Positions 25,101-37,751 of a stretch of DNA of 64,000 nucleotides are shown in pieces (the stretch's first letter is position 1; every line of letters begins with the position of its first letter). The DNA comes from Azolla caroliniana. Lineage: Eukaryota > Plantae > Polypodiophyta. Below the pieces are notes generated by a model that was given only the letters and a program-made list of their open reading frames with translations, was not told the DNA's origin and searched no databases. The position numbers were made by a program, and so were the translations under genes. Location: NCBI GenBank assembly GCA_043228905.1, contig JBHGNT010000014.1:10602001-10666000 (forward strand), read 5' to 3'.

Positions 25101-27860
25101 TAAAGGAATTTTGGGACGTATTCGCTTGGTCCTATGAAGACATGCGGGGACTGGATCCTCAGTTGTACCAACACAAAATACACCTCAGTAAGGATGCCAA
25201 ACCGGTAGCACAACGACGTTACCGGATGAACCCTAACTATGCGGCAAAAGTCAAAGAGGAAATTGACAAGTTGCTACGGGTCGGTTTTATCCGACCAGTG
25301 AAAAAAGCCACATGGTTAAGTCCCATAGTCGTTGTGCCAAAAAAGAACGGTAAAATCCGGGTGTGCATTGATTACCGGAAACTCAATGCAGCGACAGTGA
25401 CCGACGCCTTTCCACTGCCGTTTACGGGTGGAGTGCTGGACGCAGTAGCCGGTCATGAAGTGTATAGCTTCCTAGACGGTTTCAACGGCTACAATCAGAT
25501 AAGGATGCACCCCGACGACCAAGACAAGACAACAGTCGTCACCGAATGGGGAGTCTTTGTCACAGTGGTAATGATGTTCGGGCTCAAGACCGCGCCGACG
25601 ACCTTTTAATGAATAATCATGGAAATATTTGGCGAGTTCATTCTGGCATTCATGCAGGTATTCCTGGATGACTTCACCGTGTATAGCCGAGAAGGAGAAC
25701 ATCTCCAACACCTCCAGCTATGTCTTGAGAAATGCAAGAGTTATCGGCTAAGCCTGAATCCAGCAAAGTGTGTGTTCGGAGTAACAAGCGGTGCATTGCT
25801 AGGACATCTTGTCAGCAAGGACGGGATCGCCGTAGACCCCGATAAGGTGAAAGCAATCTTAGAAGCCCCGGCACCTTCCATGGCCAAAGCTTTGAGTCGG
25901 TTTCTAGGACAAATCCGGTGGCATAGCCGGATGCTCCGGTATTTGGCCGATCTGGCTACACCATTGCATGTTGCGGTTCACCGGACACCGTTCCAATGGA
26001 CAAATACGGAGGATGAGGCTTACCGGGCACTGAAAGTACTACTATCACAAGCACTGGTGGTGCAACCACCGGACTGGTTGAAAGAATTCCACGTGTTCAT
26101 GGATGCGTTCGACATAGCAATCGACAACGCACTAATGCAACTAACTGAACCAAGATGGTACCGACCGGTCTATTATGCTAGTCGGAAACTATCCCAGGCA
26201 GAATGGAATTATTCAACAACGGAAAGAGAAGCCTTAGGGATGATTTACAGTGTTACCAAGTTCAGGCACTATTTATTGGGAAGGAAATTTTCTTTCCATG
26301 TCGACCACTTAGCACTGTTATATTTGGTCTCAAAGGCATCACTTACCGGCAAGTTGGCTCGATGGACATTGTTGCTACAAGAGTTCGAGTTCGAAATATA
26401 TCACCAGCCGGGGATATAGCATGCGGTTGCCGATTATCTGAGCCGGTTAGACTCCGGTGAGACTGGCGACGGAGTCCCAGATGAGTTTCCGAATGCTGAG
26501 TTGTTTAAAGTAACGGCCGAAACGGCAGTCGATAGCACGGTAGTCGACGAAGACAAGTGGCTCACCAACATGCATCAATTCCTAAGCATGTGACTTCCAC
26601 CAGAGGAGATGAATCGGGATGAGCGGAAGTGGTTAGCGGTGCAAAGCCGACATTTTTGTCTACTACAAGACACTCTGTACCACAAAGGCGCGGATGGCAT
26701 ATGGCGGCGAGCAGTTCGAAGCGATGAAAAGGACACAATATTACGAGAAGCGCATTGTGGTGTGGCTAGAGGGCACTATGCCGGGCACACTACGACAAGA
26801 AAGATATGGCACAACGGGCTATGGTGGCCGATGACACTGAAGGACTTGGTTCGGTACGCGAATGTCTGTGATTTATGTCAACGGATGGGCCAACCAATAG
26901 AACAGGCAAGGATGCCTCACCAGCTGGTGCTACCCTTAGAACCATTTCAGAAATGGGGGTTGGATTTCGTAGGGCTGTTTAAACCTCCGGCAATGAGAAC
27001 CGGCAACATATACGTCATAGTCGCCACCGATTATTGCACCAAGTGGGTAGAAGCCAAGGCATTGCGGGACAACATTGCGGCTTTGACGGCAAAGTTCTTA
27101 TACGAGTACATCTCGTGCTGGTATGGATGCCCGATCGAATTAATTAGCGACCAAGGCGGACATTTTCTTGTTCAAGTAGTGGAGAGCTTAACAAAATTTT
27201 ATGCCATGGTACACAAGCGTAGTACCCCTTACTATCCACAGGCCAATGGACTGGCCGAATCCACGAACAAAACGCTCCAAAACATCCTGCGAAAGATCGT
27301 CAATGAAAACCGAACCGATTGGGACACCAAGCTGCATAGTGCACTATGGGCATACCGGATGACATACAAAACGAGTATCCGGTCAACACCATTCCGGTTA
27401 GCATTTGGGCTTGAAGCAGTAATGCTGATCGAATTTCAGGTTCTGAGTTTGCGGATACAGGTTAGAGAACGACTAAATGAAAAGGAATCAGAAAATATCC
27501 GGTTAGCCGCATTATGCGAACTCGAGGAACATCGGATAGCAAGTCTCATGCAGTTGGAACTGGAGCAACGATGAAGGAAGGCGTTTGTCGATCGGCACCA
27601 AAAGGGCAATGAGAAGATGTTCGGGATTGGAAAGCCGATACTAGTGTTCCAAACCCGGATGGGTCATATGCCGGGAAACCTACGGTTCCGGTGGACCGGA
27701 CCATATTGGATAACGCGGGAATTCAATGGTTCATACCAGCTCGGAACGCTCGCCGGTGAGATAACCGTATTGTGGATCGATGCCATAGAACCCGTACGAG
27801 CAGACGGAGGCTGATCCAATAGGAGGAAGCAGGAAAACATTACCCGACAGGCAGGCAAAG
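22121..27860 (+). pseudogene. Element 1 gag-pol with many in-frame stops
   Basis: ORF pieces 22487-23464 (gag with Zn knuckles), 23864-25042 (PR), 25064-26419 (RT/RH), 26609-27574 (INT; WGLDF, ISDQG). Confidence 0.92.
22571..22750 (+). repeat. 30-bp coding tandem repeat x6 (TPKEEEARPP)
   Basis: ACACCGAAAGAAGAGGAGGCAAGACCTCCG units seen directly. Confidence 0.9.
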
Positions 27861-28121
27861 CCGGTGTTACCAGATAACAACGGACAAGTGGCCAACAAAA
27901 GTGAAAATGGGAAAAAACCGGGATACAGACCCGATGCTTCTAGTTAACTCAAACTCAATTTGAAAAAAAAGAAAAAAAAAGAGAAAAAGAAAAAGAAAAG
28001 TCATCATGCAGAGGCGAGGAGCGAACGTGCACTTTGAAAAGGTGTGGTGGGTGGCTAATTAAAGCTTTTAAAGACAGGCGCACCACATGTCAACTGACTG
28101 CTATATTAGTACAGGACGTGC

Positions 28122-31100
28122 ATGCGCAGGAATAAAAAAAAGTTGCCACGAATGGAGAAAGAAAACCCACGCCACGGAGAGTCCCTTTCATTTCGCGAAC
28201 ATAGAGATCTCAGCGTCCACAGGCGATTACGAGTGATCAGGGGAGAGCACGCAAAGCACACAGGCGCACCCATCTTACCACAACTGACTGATTCCGAAGA
28301 CGACATGGAATGCATGGTACTCTTAGAAGCGGTTAAGAAATGGCTAAAGCAACACGGTCTGGAGGGATTCTTGCGGATAGTCGAAGCACCACCACATGGA
28401 GATGCGGAAAATGTCGTTAAAAACATCGACATGGAGGTCATCACCGAGGAAGCAATCCGAGCCATGACTGGCCTACCAGAAGGGGGAATCAACTCGATCG
28501 ACAACCCTTCGCCAGAGCTACTGACGAGGTATTGTGGGGAATACTCCCTGGGCAACAAGGCGTACCGCACGCAAGGCGGTGAAGATCTCTTGTTTTGGGA
28601 AATCGCTCGGGTACTCCACGAATATGGCCATGTGTACCCTCGACCACCGGCGATGCCTAGGAATAGAGCCGGTCAGATCATAGCCACCTACGAGGGAGTA
28701 CAGGTGGATTGGCTGGTAATGATTGCCGACGGCCTGAGCGCTGCCATTGTCTCGATAAAAGATGGCAAAAAGATGTGGACAACAATGGCGCAATGGCTCA
28801 CCTTGTTAGTACCGCCGGTGGAGCCCATGAAACAAAGAAAGAGGGGAAGATCGACAGAAGCGACCCGCAAAGCAACTTCAAAATGATAGCAACTCCTGGC
28901 TACCTAGGCAAAGGAACGGCCTAATTGGAAGTGGCTGGCAGAGAAGGAGGCATCGGTGGACACCTCAGGGAGACTGTTGAAAATCAAGCTGCGCTTGTCG
29001 GAACAACAAGCAGACCAGCAACCGGAGAAAACGCAGGGATAGGACCCCTTGGCGGCGTTAATGAACAACGAGACCCTAGAAGAAAAACAACAAGAAGATG
29101 AGCTGACCGAGACGCTGCTAAGGTGTCGCCAGACAAGAGAAAAGGGCCACGAAGGGGGGACATCAAGGCTAATGGAGGACAATATACGGGAACCCTCCCC
29201 TGAGGAGCCGCAACCAAGGAAGGCGGCAGAACTGGCTTAACAAGAATCGGGAACGGAGCAAGGGCTGCAGTAGGACATCGCGGAACCAGCGGTCGAGGAC
29301 ACAACAGTCCCGGTGAATCAAGAACTGGTCATTGAATTGCCGGCATCACCGTCGCAGCAACAACAGCCAGAACGGGAGCGGCTGTGTGACGTAACCGTCA
29401 ATAATGGGCTCGTGACTAGTAGAAACGCCATCCCACAACCAGAACCGGCACGACCACAAGGCATCGGCAATCGATGGCTCCGATGGGTAGCAGAACAAGT
29501 GATTGGTGTTGTCGGCCAGTTAGAAGCGGAAGAAAAAGTGCAGGAAGCCCGGTTGGTAGCCACAACTAAGGAATTAGAGATGGCCTGGTCAAGAATCCGG
29601 AGCATGGAAGAAGACATAGAGAAGGCCAGAACAGACATGGCCAAGTTGGTCATAGAAGGACCACAACAATCAAAACTGGTGGCCCTGGTAACTTGACAGA
29701 ATGATCAAACCCCGGTAATGGCAGCGGGCCCAGATACTCATGACTCGGTAGCATAGGAGCTCACCACACTAAGGGAAGACCTAGCAGCACAAGAAGCCTT
29801 ACGAGCCAAGGAATGAGAATTGGAAAAAGTGGCAGAGGAGGAACAAAGGAGAACGGTTGACAACCTCCACCGAACAGAGGAAAGCTTGAGAAGAGGGCAT
29901 CAAGCGTATGATCGGCTAAAAGAAGAGAAAGACAAACTCCTGCAAGAAAAAGAGAAACTCCAGAGGATGGCGGAAGTGGAGATTGAGCGCCTCAAGGAAG
30001 AACTCCAGCAACAAAAAGATCGTGAGGACCACGCTCGCTGGCTTATAAATCAAAAACTCAAACAGAAAACCGACGACTTCGACCGACTACACCGGGATTA
30101 TAAGCATTTGGATGCCGATCATAAGAAATTGACCACTGAAAGTGACCGACAGCAGGAAAAGTGCAGAGAACTCTGGGAGGAAGTTAACCGGTTGACGACG
30201 GCAGTGATGGAAGAGCAGTCGAAGGGAGACGAACAAGTGAAACAATTGGCGGCAACAATGAAAGAGCGACTGGACCTGCAAGTGCAGCACCATGTGGAAA
30301 TGGAGCACGCTACAATGGCTCTGAACAGAGTTCAGATGACATATCAGACCCAACTCCTGCACTACAAAAGCCAAGAAGCGGCAACCGCAAGCCTGATCAA
30401 ACAATTGAAGGACGAAAAATAGGCTGCGGAAAACAAGTCGAAGATGGGACTGGGGCGGATCCGGGACATCGTAGTGGCATGGAAGAATCGAACGAAGCAA
30501 TTGGTGGAAGAAATATCAGTACAGTGGTGGTCGAAGTGGGCCAAGCAGGCAACCGAGCTACAGTTGTTGCGGGCAAATGCGGAAAACCGGCGGAAAGAAG
30601 GCGACGAAGTTTACATCCTGGATAGAGAAAGCATTGAAACAATAAAGGATGAACTGTCGGATGATTTCCTATCCTTGGCTGATGAGCAGAGGGTGGCGGT
30701 ACGCCAGTTGGTGGCACAGTTGGATGATGACCAATGGGACAACCAACTCCGCTTTGAGAAGTACGAATGGGAACGATGACGACAAGAAGTGGCCAAGAAA
30801 ACTGCAACAATTAGCATAAGTGACGAGGAGCCATCTTCAGAACAAACACCGATTAAAGCCAAGGAAAGCCAACCAGATAGTACTCAAGAGGAACCGCTAG
30901 AGGGAGGTCATCGACAGGCACCGGCGCATGCCGGACATCAGAACCAGGAGACACCAAGGTTGGTTGAGCCGAAAAAGGAGGAAGAGCCGGTAAGATCAGT
31001 TGAGCCGGAAATGGAGACAAAGTTGGTGAGACCGACAGAGACGCCAAGGCTGGGTGAGCCGGAAAAGGAGGAAGAGCCGGTCAGACTGACGGAGCCGCAG

Positions 31101-31274
31101 GCGACGGAGGTCAACCAACAACAACCATGGCTGGAGCCGGAGCGGCAAGAGGAGCCGCCACAACCACAAGAACAACAGGAGGGGGAACAACAACAACAGA
31201 CGACATAACAGCTTCTGGAGGAGCCATTGGAACCCTTAGATCAAAGTATTCTGGACATTTTGGAGGATGAATGA
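28122..31274 (+). pseudogene. Extra ORF of element 1: PMD/plant-transposon-like N-terminus, long coiled coil, acidic tail
   Basis: Same-strand pieces 28122-28886, 29313-29696, 29820-30422, 30444-30779, 30789-31274; homologous to 33709-37700 and 53165-54650. Confidence 0.75.
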
Positions 31275-31284
31275 AGGTTGGATA

Positions 31285-31325
31285 GTGGGATTCGACGTAC
31301 AAGGTACTGTCCCACGGGCGTGCCA
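31285..31325 (+). other. tRNA-Arg 3'-half-like motif at the PPT position
   Basis: GTGGGATTCGA-[CGTACAAGGTACT]-GTCCCACGGGCGTGCCA, then TG and the LTR. Confidence 0.75.
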
Positions 31326-31327
31326 TG

Positions 31328-31791
31328 TGTTAGCCGGCCGACAAGGGAATTCCAGAATGGGAAACGAGGGGATAATTAATATCCAGGAGCTGATTATATA
31401 TTTATATAGGATTATTATGATTTTGAGAAGGGAACGGACAGACACGGAATCGATATGCCGATCCGGATCCGGACCGGTTCGTAGCTAGTTGCCGGTTGGC
31501 ACCGGTTTGTACCTAAAGCCGGAGACCTATAAAAAGGGCCGGCTAGATTGTAATCATGAGTGGATAATTAATAGAATGTTGTTGTTCTATATCTTAATCA
31601 TTGTTAATTACCGTTCTGTGCTAAGTGTAATTTATCCTATGCGTGTATTGTGACTAATGATATTGCCGTTTAGTGACCAATCAGGGTTCCATTAATAGTT
31701 GCTCTAACTCTATCTCACCGCAACACCCCTTTGGTGAAGTGTCTCAAAGGGACACCTTGTGTTAGGCCATTGTCCGGCCCTAGCGATAACA
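31328..31791 (+). repeat. Element 1 3' LTR
   Basis: Direct repeat of 21602-22065, followed by TSD GACAG. Confidence 0.93.
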
Positions 31792-32651
31792 GACAGTCCG
31801 CGCGTTGCCTGCCACAACTAAACACACCACCTGCGCACGCACACAGATGGCACCGAAACCCTAACAGAGAATAGAGACAACACACACCCCAAGATGAAAC
31901 CCTAATAGAGAATAGGGACAACATACACACCAAGATGAAACCCTAACAGAGAATAGAGAAAGACGTTATACACAGAAGTTATTAACACCAAAAATGGAAC
32001 CTATGGAATCTCAAAAATGAAGAACCCTTTTACAAGGGGCGCCTTCCCTTTTATAGAACAAGGTGGAGGTCGCGTGACTATGTGGGATAAATCCCGACTT
32101 ACAAGGGATTTTCTGTCCCAAAACAACTCCTACTCAGCGCCATTAAGGCACCCCTATTATTCACACGTTTTAACAAGGGTGAGTGCACACGATGCAGTCC
32201 ACTGATTCTTCCGATTTTCCGCGGTTTCTCACCATGGCCCAGAATCTTCACGACAATGGGTTGGCCGAATCAAGGAACAAGACGTTGCAAAACATCCTCC
32301 GAAAAATTGTCAATGAAAACCAAACAGACTAGGACACAAAGTTACATAGTGCATTATGGGCATATCGGATGGCTTACAAAATAGCATCCGAACAACATTG
32401 TTCTGGTTAGCATTTGGTTTGGAGGCCATCATGCCGATCGAATTTCAGATCCCCAGCTTACAAATTCAAGTTCGGGAGCGACTGAGCGAAAAGGAGTCAG
32501 AAAGGATTTAGTTGGAAACATTGTGCGTGTTGGAGGAACACCGGATAGCCAACCTACTACAGTTAGAGCTGGAGCAAAGGCGACAGAAAGCATTCGTGGA
32601 CAGGCATAAGAGTTCGGCATCCGTAAATCAGTCTTGGTATTCCAGACCCGG

Positions 32652-33253
32652 TGTCGTGTGAATCTTCACACACTATGTAAAAAAATAATGAAATAATAAT
32701 TATAAATTAGATTAGTAGAGTACTATAGAAAGATGGATATACTCAAGAGCTTCAAAACGTTTTTTACTATATACAAAATGGAGAAATACATATCAAGTTA
32801 TGTGAAAATAAAGTTTGAGAAGATAGAAAAATTAGAACTCCCTTATCTTAGGGAAGCCATATCTCTCATAAACCCTAATTTCCTTACGGAATCCAAAAAC
32901 CCTAATCTTCCCTACGGAAGCCATAACACTAAAAAACGCTAATCTTCCCTACGGAAGCCATAATACTCAGATAATCATAATCTCTTATCAAAGCCAAGAA
33001 CCCTAAATCTCTATGGAATCCATATCTTAGTTTCTTCTAATCTATTATTCTAGCAATCTCCTTAAGATAAAACTTTTGTAATCTCAATCTTGAGATTGAT
33101 TGTAATCTTTCTTTCCCTTTATTAATGAAATTTGTGAATCTTTATCATTTTGTATTAATTGTTTAATATAATTATACGAATCTGATATCTTCCGATCGGA
33201 GGCCCCAGGGTCCTGCCTCAAAGTTCACGTATCCTCGTCGTATTTTCGCGACA
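32652..33253 (+). mobile_element. Solo LTR (602 bp), TGTCG...CGACA family
   Basis: Termini TGTCGTG...TCGCGACA; perfect 4-bp TSD CCGG; internal AAACCCTAAT/TACGGAAGCCATA repeats; homologous to 56400-57086. Confidence 0.85.
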
Positions 33254-33708
33254 CCGGATGGACAGCATGCCGAGAAAGTTACGGTTCTGGTGGACTAGGC
33301 CATTCTAGGTAATGAAGGAATTTAATGGGTCCTTCCAACTGGGCACAGGCACACTAGTTGGGGAGTTTCTAAGCAAATGGGTTAACGACTTCCGGCTATA
33401 ACCATACAAGGGGCGGATGCTAGAGAACCCATAGAGTACCGAAGGACAGTCAGAAACCGATGCTACACTTGCAGTAATCGGGGTGGCACCTGAAGCAACC
33501 AATTCGGTTGAATCGGGCCCTACCGAGAAGTAAGATAGTTATTTTATTTAAAAAAGAAACGAGAGTTGGATGGTCAGAATGAAAAGAGGTGGAGGCCTCC
33601 ATTAAAAGCAAAAGATATTATTGGGATTTGCGAACGGACGCCATCGAAAAGGAGGCGGCTATTTAAAGCTCACATGTGGCATACACATACTATTATGGTA
33701 CACGATGT

Positions 33709-36700
33709 GCATGCGCGGTAATCAAGAACTAGCGGCTAAAGGAGATGGGATCACAAAACTACAGACCAAATGAAGGATTTTCATTTCGAGAATGCAAGCT
33801 GTGGAAGGCACAACAGAGCACACAAGCATTCAGACGCACAGAGCCTAGCACCCACAGAGAGAAACACAACTACAGCCAGGAAAGCAACAAAGAGGATACT
33901 TGTCCAATGGCCCTTTCGACTGCAACCCGGGAGTGGTTTAGCAAGCATGGTTTGGAAGGATTCTTGAAGGTCCCCGACGCCCCACCTCATGACGAACTAG
34001 AGAAGGTTGCATCAACAATCGACCTTGAAGAGATCACGGAGGGCACAATCCAGGCCCTCATATGATTGCTAGCCGAAGGACTACGATCCATCGAAAACCC
34101 CTCCACCGAGATATTGACAGAATACTTCGGAGAATACTCCCTAGGCAGCAAAGCAAGGATCCACTATTCCGAGAAGTGGCTCAAGTTCTCTTGGAGTATG
34201 GCTTTGTACATTTTTGACCTCTTGCTATACCAAAATATCGACCTGGTTTTGTCATTGCAGCATATGAAGGCCTTAAAGTGGACTGGACGACAATCATAGC
34301 CGATTGCTTACAATCTGCCATTGCATCCTTAGTAGATGGGAAGAAAGCATGGACTGGGTTAGCGCAGTGGCTAACCTTATTGGTGGCCCTAGTACTCACC
34401 ATCAAACCAAAGAAGCGGGGCCGACTGGAGACTACGCCAAAAAAGACAACAAAGCGGCAGCAACTCCTAGCGAAGCACACCCCAGGATGGATGCCAGGAG
34501 ACTCGTCCCAAAGAGAGGAAGCACAGACCAACCAGAGGTAGGAACTAGTGGAGAAAGCTCCGGAAGGACTGATAAAGCCAATTAAAATCAAGTTGCACCG
34601 GTAGGACTAGGATCAGGAGGACCTGATACGGAGGGTCCACTAGGAAACCACGGAAGAGGAGGCTGACAAAGAACCAGCCGAAACCCTACAATGTCGCCCA
34701 AGGAAGCACAACCGGGAGCAACGGGGAGAAGAACCGGATCCGACAGTGGTGGTAGAATCCCAAGAAAGGGAGGAACCAGTGTGCAGACCAAACAAGGTGA
34801 TGGCAGTTCAGCCAGAACCGGGGACAAAAAGAAGAAAGAAAGATATATTAACGTCTTCTAAGGCCAAATTTGGCCCATGAGACAATTGGTTTACAACAAA
34901 AATGAGTGTTTATCCAATCATCAAAACTAAAATAAAAGAAAATAGCTTAAGCTAAGAGAGTTCTAGTAGTGTACAAAACTTTGCACTAAGCCTAATCTCA
35001 TTTCCACCCAAGTCTCTCAAAAAGAAGTGGGAGGTCAAAAGTTTTTGGTGTGGGTGTGACCCATGGTCCCGATACATAGAGTGCCCTAGTCATGGCTTCT
35101 AGGCGGTGTAGTTCACGTTCCCTTATTTTCTTTATTGCTTCTACATCTCGTCGAGTTGCTTTGAAACTCGGCATCCAAGGGCGTTTGGTTCTTCTTTGAT
35201 TTTCTGCTTCATCAAGGAAAAGCCCGAGTGGTGCAGGTGTGTCGACATTCATTGTCTCCCCTTGTTCCTGAACAACTTCATTTGTTCATGTTGGTAAACA
35301 TTAGCAACATTATTATCAACGTTTTGTAACTTATTCTCTCTGTGTTGTTTCAATTCTAAGATGTATCTACCTAATTTCTTTATATCTAGTGTATCTAATA
35401 GTTTAGGGAGGGTGGGAAAGGAACCAAGTATGTCTTGGTATTTTGCCCTTGTCTCGGCATAGGTGGGGCATTTGCATGTAAAATGGTACTCATCCTCTAT
35501 CTCTATGTGGAATAACCTACGTATCCTTTCCTCCCTAGGGACTCCATTAGTATGTCCATTCTCAATCTCAAGTTGGTGAGATGATATTCTAAGTTGACCA
35601 ATGGCAACCCTTAGTGCATGTGGTAAGAATACATCTAGATATCTTGGTCGCGTGATAAAACCTAACTTAGAGAAGTGCATAAAGTGTTCCTTATAGTACG
35701 ACATTTTAGATGGGAGTGGCTCTAGTGGGGTGATCCATTTATACCGAGTATTTTATTACGGTCCTCATGAGAGATTAAAGTATTATTAGTTGTGTGGTCA
35801 TACTTAAGGGGGGGGAGGTTATTAATGTCTAGACCACGAGGACTTCGCCTGCAACAACATGAACGACGTCCGGAGTAGTCACTGAGCGAGGAGGAATAAA
35901 GAACTCAAAGGACGAGGGGAGAGCAAGCACTAAGGCTGGAGCCGGTGCAACAATTTGCCACACTCACCCAACATGGAACTTACTGTCAGTGGCTACGGTG
36001 GCTCGGAGAGCAGGTCTCCGGTGTGGCAGACCGTATGGACGAGGAACATAAGTAGAGGGGGAATCAGGAGGAGCGGTTGCATACAACAACCGAAGAATTG
36101 GAGAAGGCTAGAGCCCAGATTCAGGGCTTGGAAGAGGAAGTGACAAGGGCCAAGGGATATGCAGCCATCATGGCCAATATGGGCCAAAATACAAGTATTG
36201 ACACAGAGCCGGTGGTATCGGCTAATTTACAGAACGCACCTCCGGAACCGGAAGCGGCACCAGTGATTAACACAGCCTTGATAACTGGCACTGAGCAAGC
36301 ACAGGAGATACTAACATTAAGGGATGATTTGGCTGCTCAGGAGCCGTTAAGAGAAAAGGAAAGGGAACAAAAGAAGAAGAGCGATGAAGAGTAGAGGAGG
36401 ACCTCCAAAAAAGTCAAGCAAACAATGATAGGCTGAAAGAAGAGCGTGAAAAACTACTGTAGGACAAGGACAATATTTGGCGAATGGCAAAAATAGAGAT
36501 TGAACGGCTAAAGGAAGAACTCCGGCAACAAAAGGACAGGGAAGACCAGATGCGTTCGCAGATAAAGCGACGCCTCAAGCAGAAAACTGATGATTTTGAA
36601 AAACTGTACCGGGAACATAAGCAAATGGAAGCGGATTACAAGAAGCTAGGGTCGGAATTCAACCAACAACAAGAAAAATTGAAGGAAGTCCAGACAGAAT

Positions 36701-37700
36701 TAACAAGAAAAGCAGAGGCGCTGGCTGAAGAACAGACAAAGGTGGTGGCTACGAAGAAAATGTTGGACGAAGCGGCCAAGGAAAAAATGGAGCTCAACAA
36801 GAAGCACTATGAAGAGGTGGAACGTGCGAAACTAGTGTTGGATAAGTTCCAAACAACTTACCAATGCCAAGTGATTGAGTATGAAGGGCAAGCACAGGCC
36901 GTGACCGCTGTCATCTAGAGACTGAAGAATGAGAAGCAAGCCACCGAAGACAGTGCAAATCTCGGGGTAGACCGAATCAAAAGCATGATGACGACATGGT
37001 GAAACCGGACAACGACAAGTATTGAGGACTATTCAGTAGAATTATGGATGTAATGGTCACAACAAGCGGTAGAATTGCAGACACTCCGGGCAAATGTGGA
37101 AAACTGAAAGAAGGCCGGTGACAACTTTTACAAAATGGATGAAGAAAGGAATTGTCGAACGACTTTTTATCCTTGGCCGAATCACATCTTGGAGCAGTCC
37201 GAAGGTTGATGGAAAGGCTTGATGACGATCAGCTCGACACACAACTGCAATTTGAGTGGTATGAGTGAGAACGCCGAAAGAAGGAAGCAGGGAAGCGAGC
37301 AACCGCCATCACCATCAGTGATGAAGAATAGCAAGATGAAGGACCCGCGGAAGATAATGATGAGCGGCAACCGAAGGAAGCTAGGGTAGAGCAGACTGAA
37401 GCAATCGAGAAGGAACAACCAACCAACACTGAAGCCAGAGGAAACCCTGAAGCTGGTGCAGAAGCAGAGCACCCTAAGTCGAACGGACCTGGTGAACCAG
37501 AACAACAACAGTATCCTGAGCCGAACGGAGCTGGTAAACCGGAACAACAACAACACCCCGAGCTGAACGAAGCTGGTGAACCAGAACAACAACAACACCT
37601 GGAGATGGATAGAGTCGGAGAGCTAGAGCAGCAACAACAAAATGAGACGTCGCTCGACCCCTTGGAGCAAAGCATTCTGAACTTACTGGATGGAGAGTGA
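33709..37700 (+). pseudogene. Extra ORF of Athila-like element 2, interrupted by a LINE fragment
   Basis: WFSKHGLEGFL, DWTTIIADCL, AQWLTLLV and a coiled coil, homologous to 28122-31274. Confidence 0.75.
34826..35820 (-). mobile_element. 5'-truncated non-LTR retrotransposon, RTEX-like 3' end
   Basis: ORF 35249-35704 reads LRISSHQLEIENGH...PREERI...EIEDEYHFTCKCPTY, the C-terminal Zn-finger region of RTEX-type LINEs; ends in a (TTTC)n-like tail; no TSD seen. Confidence 0.7.
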
Positions 37701-37711
37701 GGCAACTGGTT

Positions 37712-37751
37712 GTGGGTTCGAAGTGCAAGGCACTTTCCCATGGGTGTGCCA
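37712..37751 (+). other. tRNA-Arg 3'-half-like motif at the PPT position (element 2)
   Basis: GTGGGTTCGA-[AGTGCAAGGCACT]-TTCCCATGGGTGTGCCA, then TG and the LTR at 37754. Confidence 0.75.

Larger units (their letters stand above)
21602..31791 (+). mobile_element. Athila/Tat-like Gypsy element 1, full length but degenerate, with an extra 3' ORF
   Basis: 464-bp LTRs 21602-22065 and 31328-31791; TSD GACAG on both sides; PBS-like TGGCAACCAC at ~22073; gag-PR(DGGSG)-RT(FLDD)-RH-INT with no chromodomain. Confidence 0.93.
20883..32255 (-). mobile_element. Solo LTR (~1.18 kb; 20883-21601 plus 31797-32255) of the TGTCG...CGACA family, split by Athila-like element 1
   Basis: Termini TGTCGCGG...CTTCACGACA; 4-bp TSD ACGG/ATGG; removing it restores the integrase codons GCA AAC GGG TTG GCC. 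Confidence 0.75.

Noticed and set aside
27962-28000. A/G tract as the PPT of element 1
   Set aside because: It lies 3.3 kb from the 3' LTR, so it cannot define the LTR start, and it is poorly conserved in element 2. A central-PPT role is not excluded.
32652-33253. MITE or DNA transposon
   Set aside because: Inverted termini are only ~7 bp with TG...CA ends, and the same termini adjoin a PBS and gag at 51369-52263, so a solo LTR is more likely.
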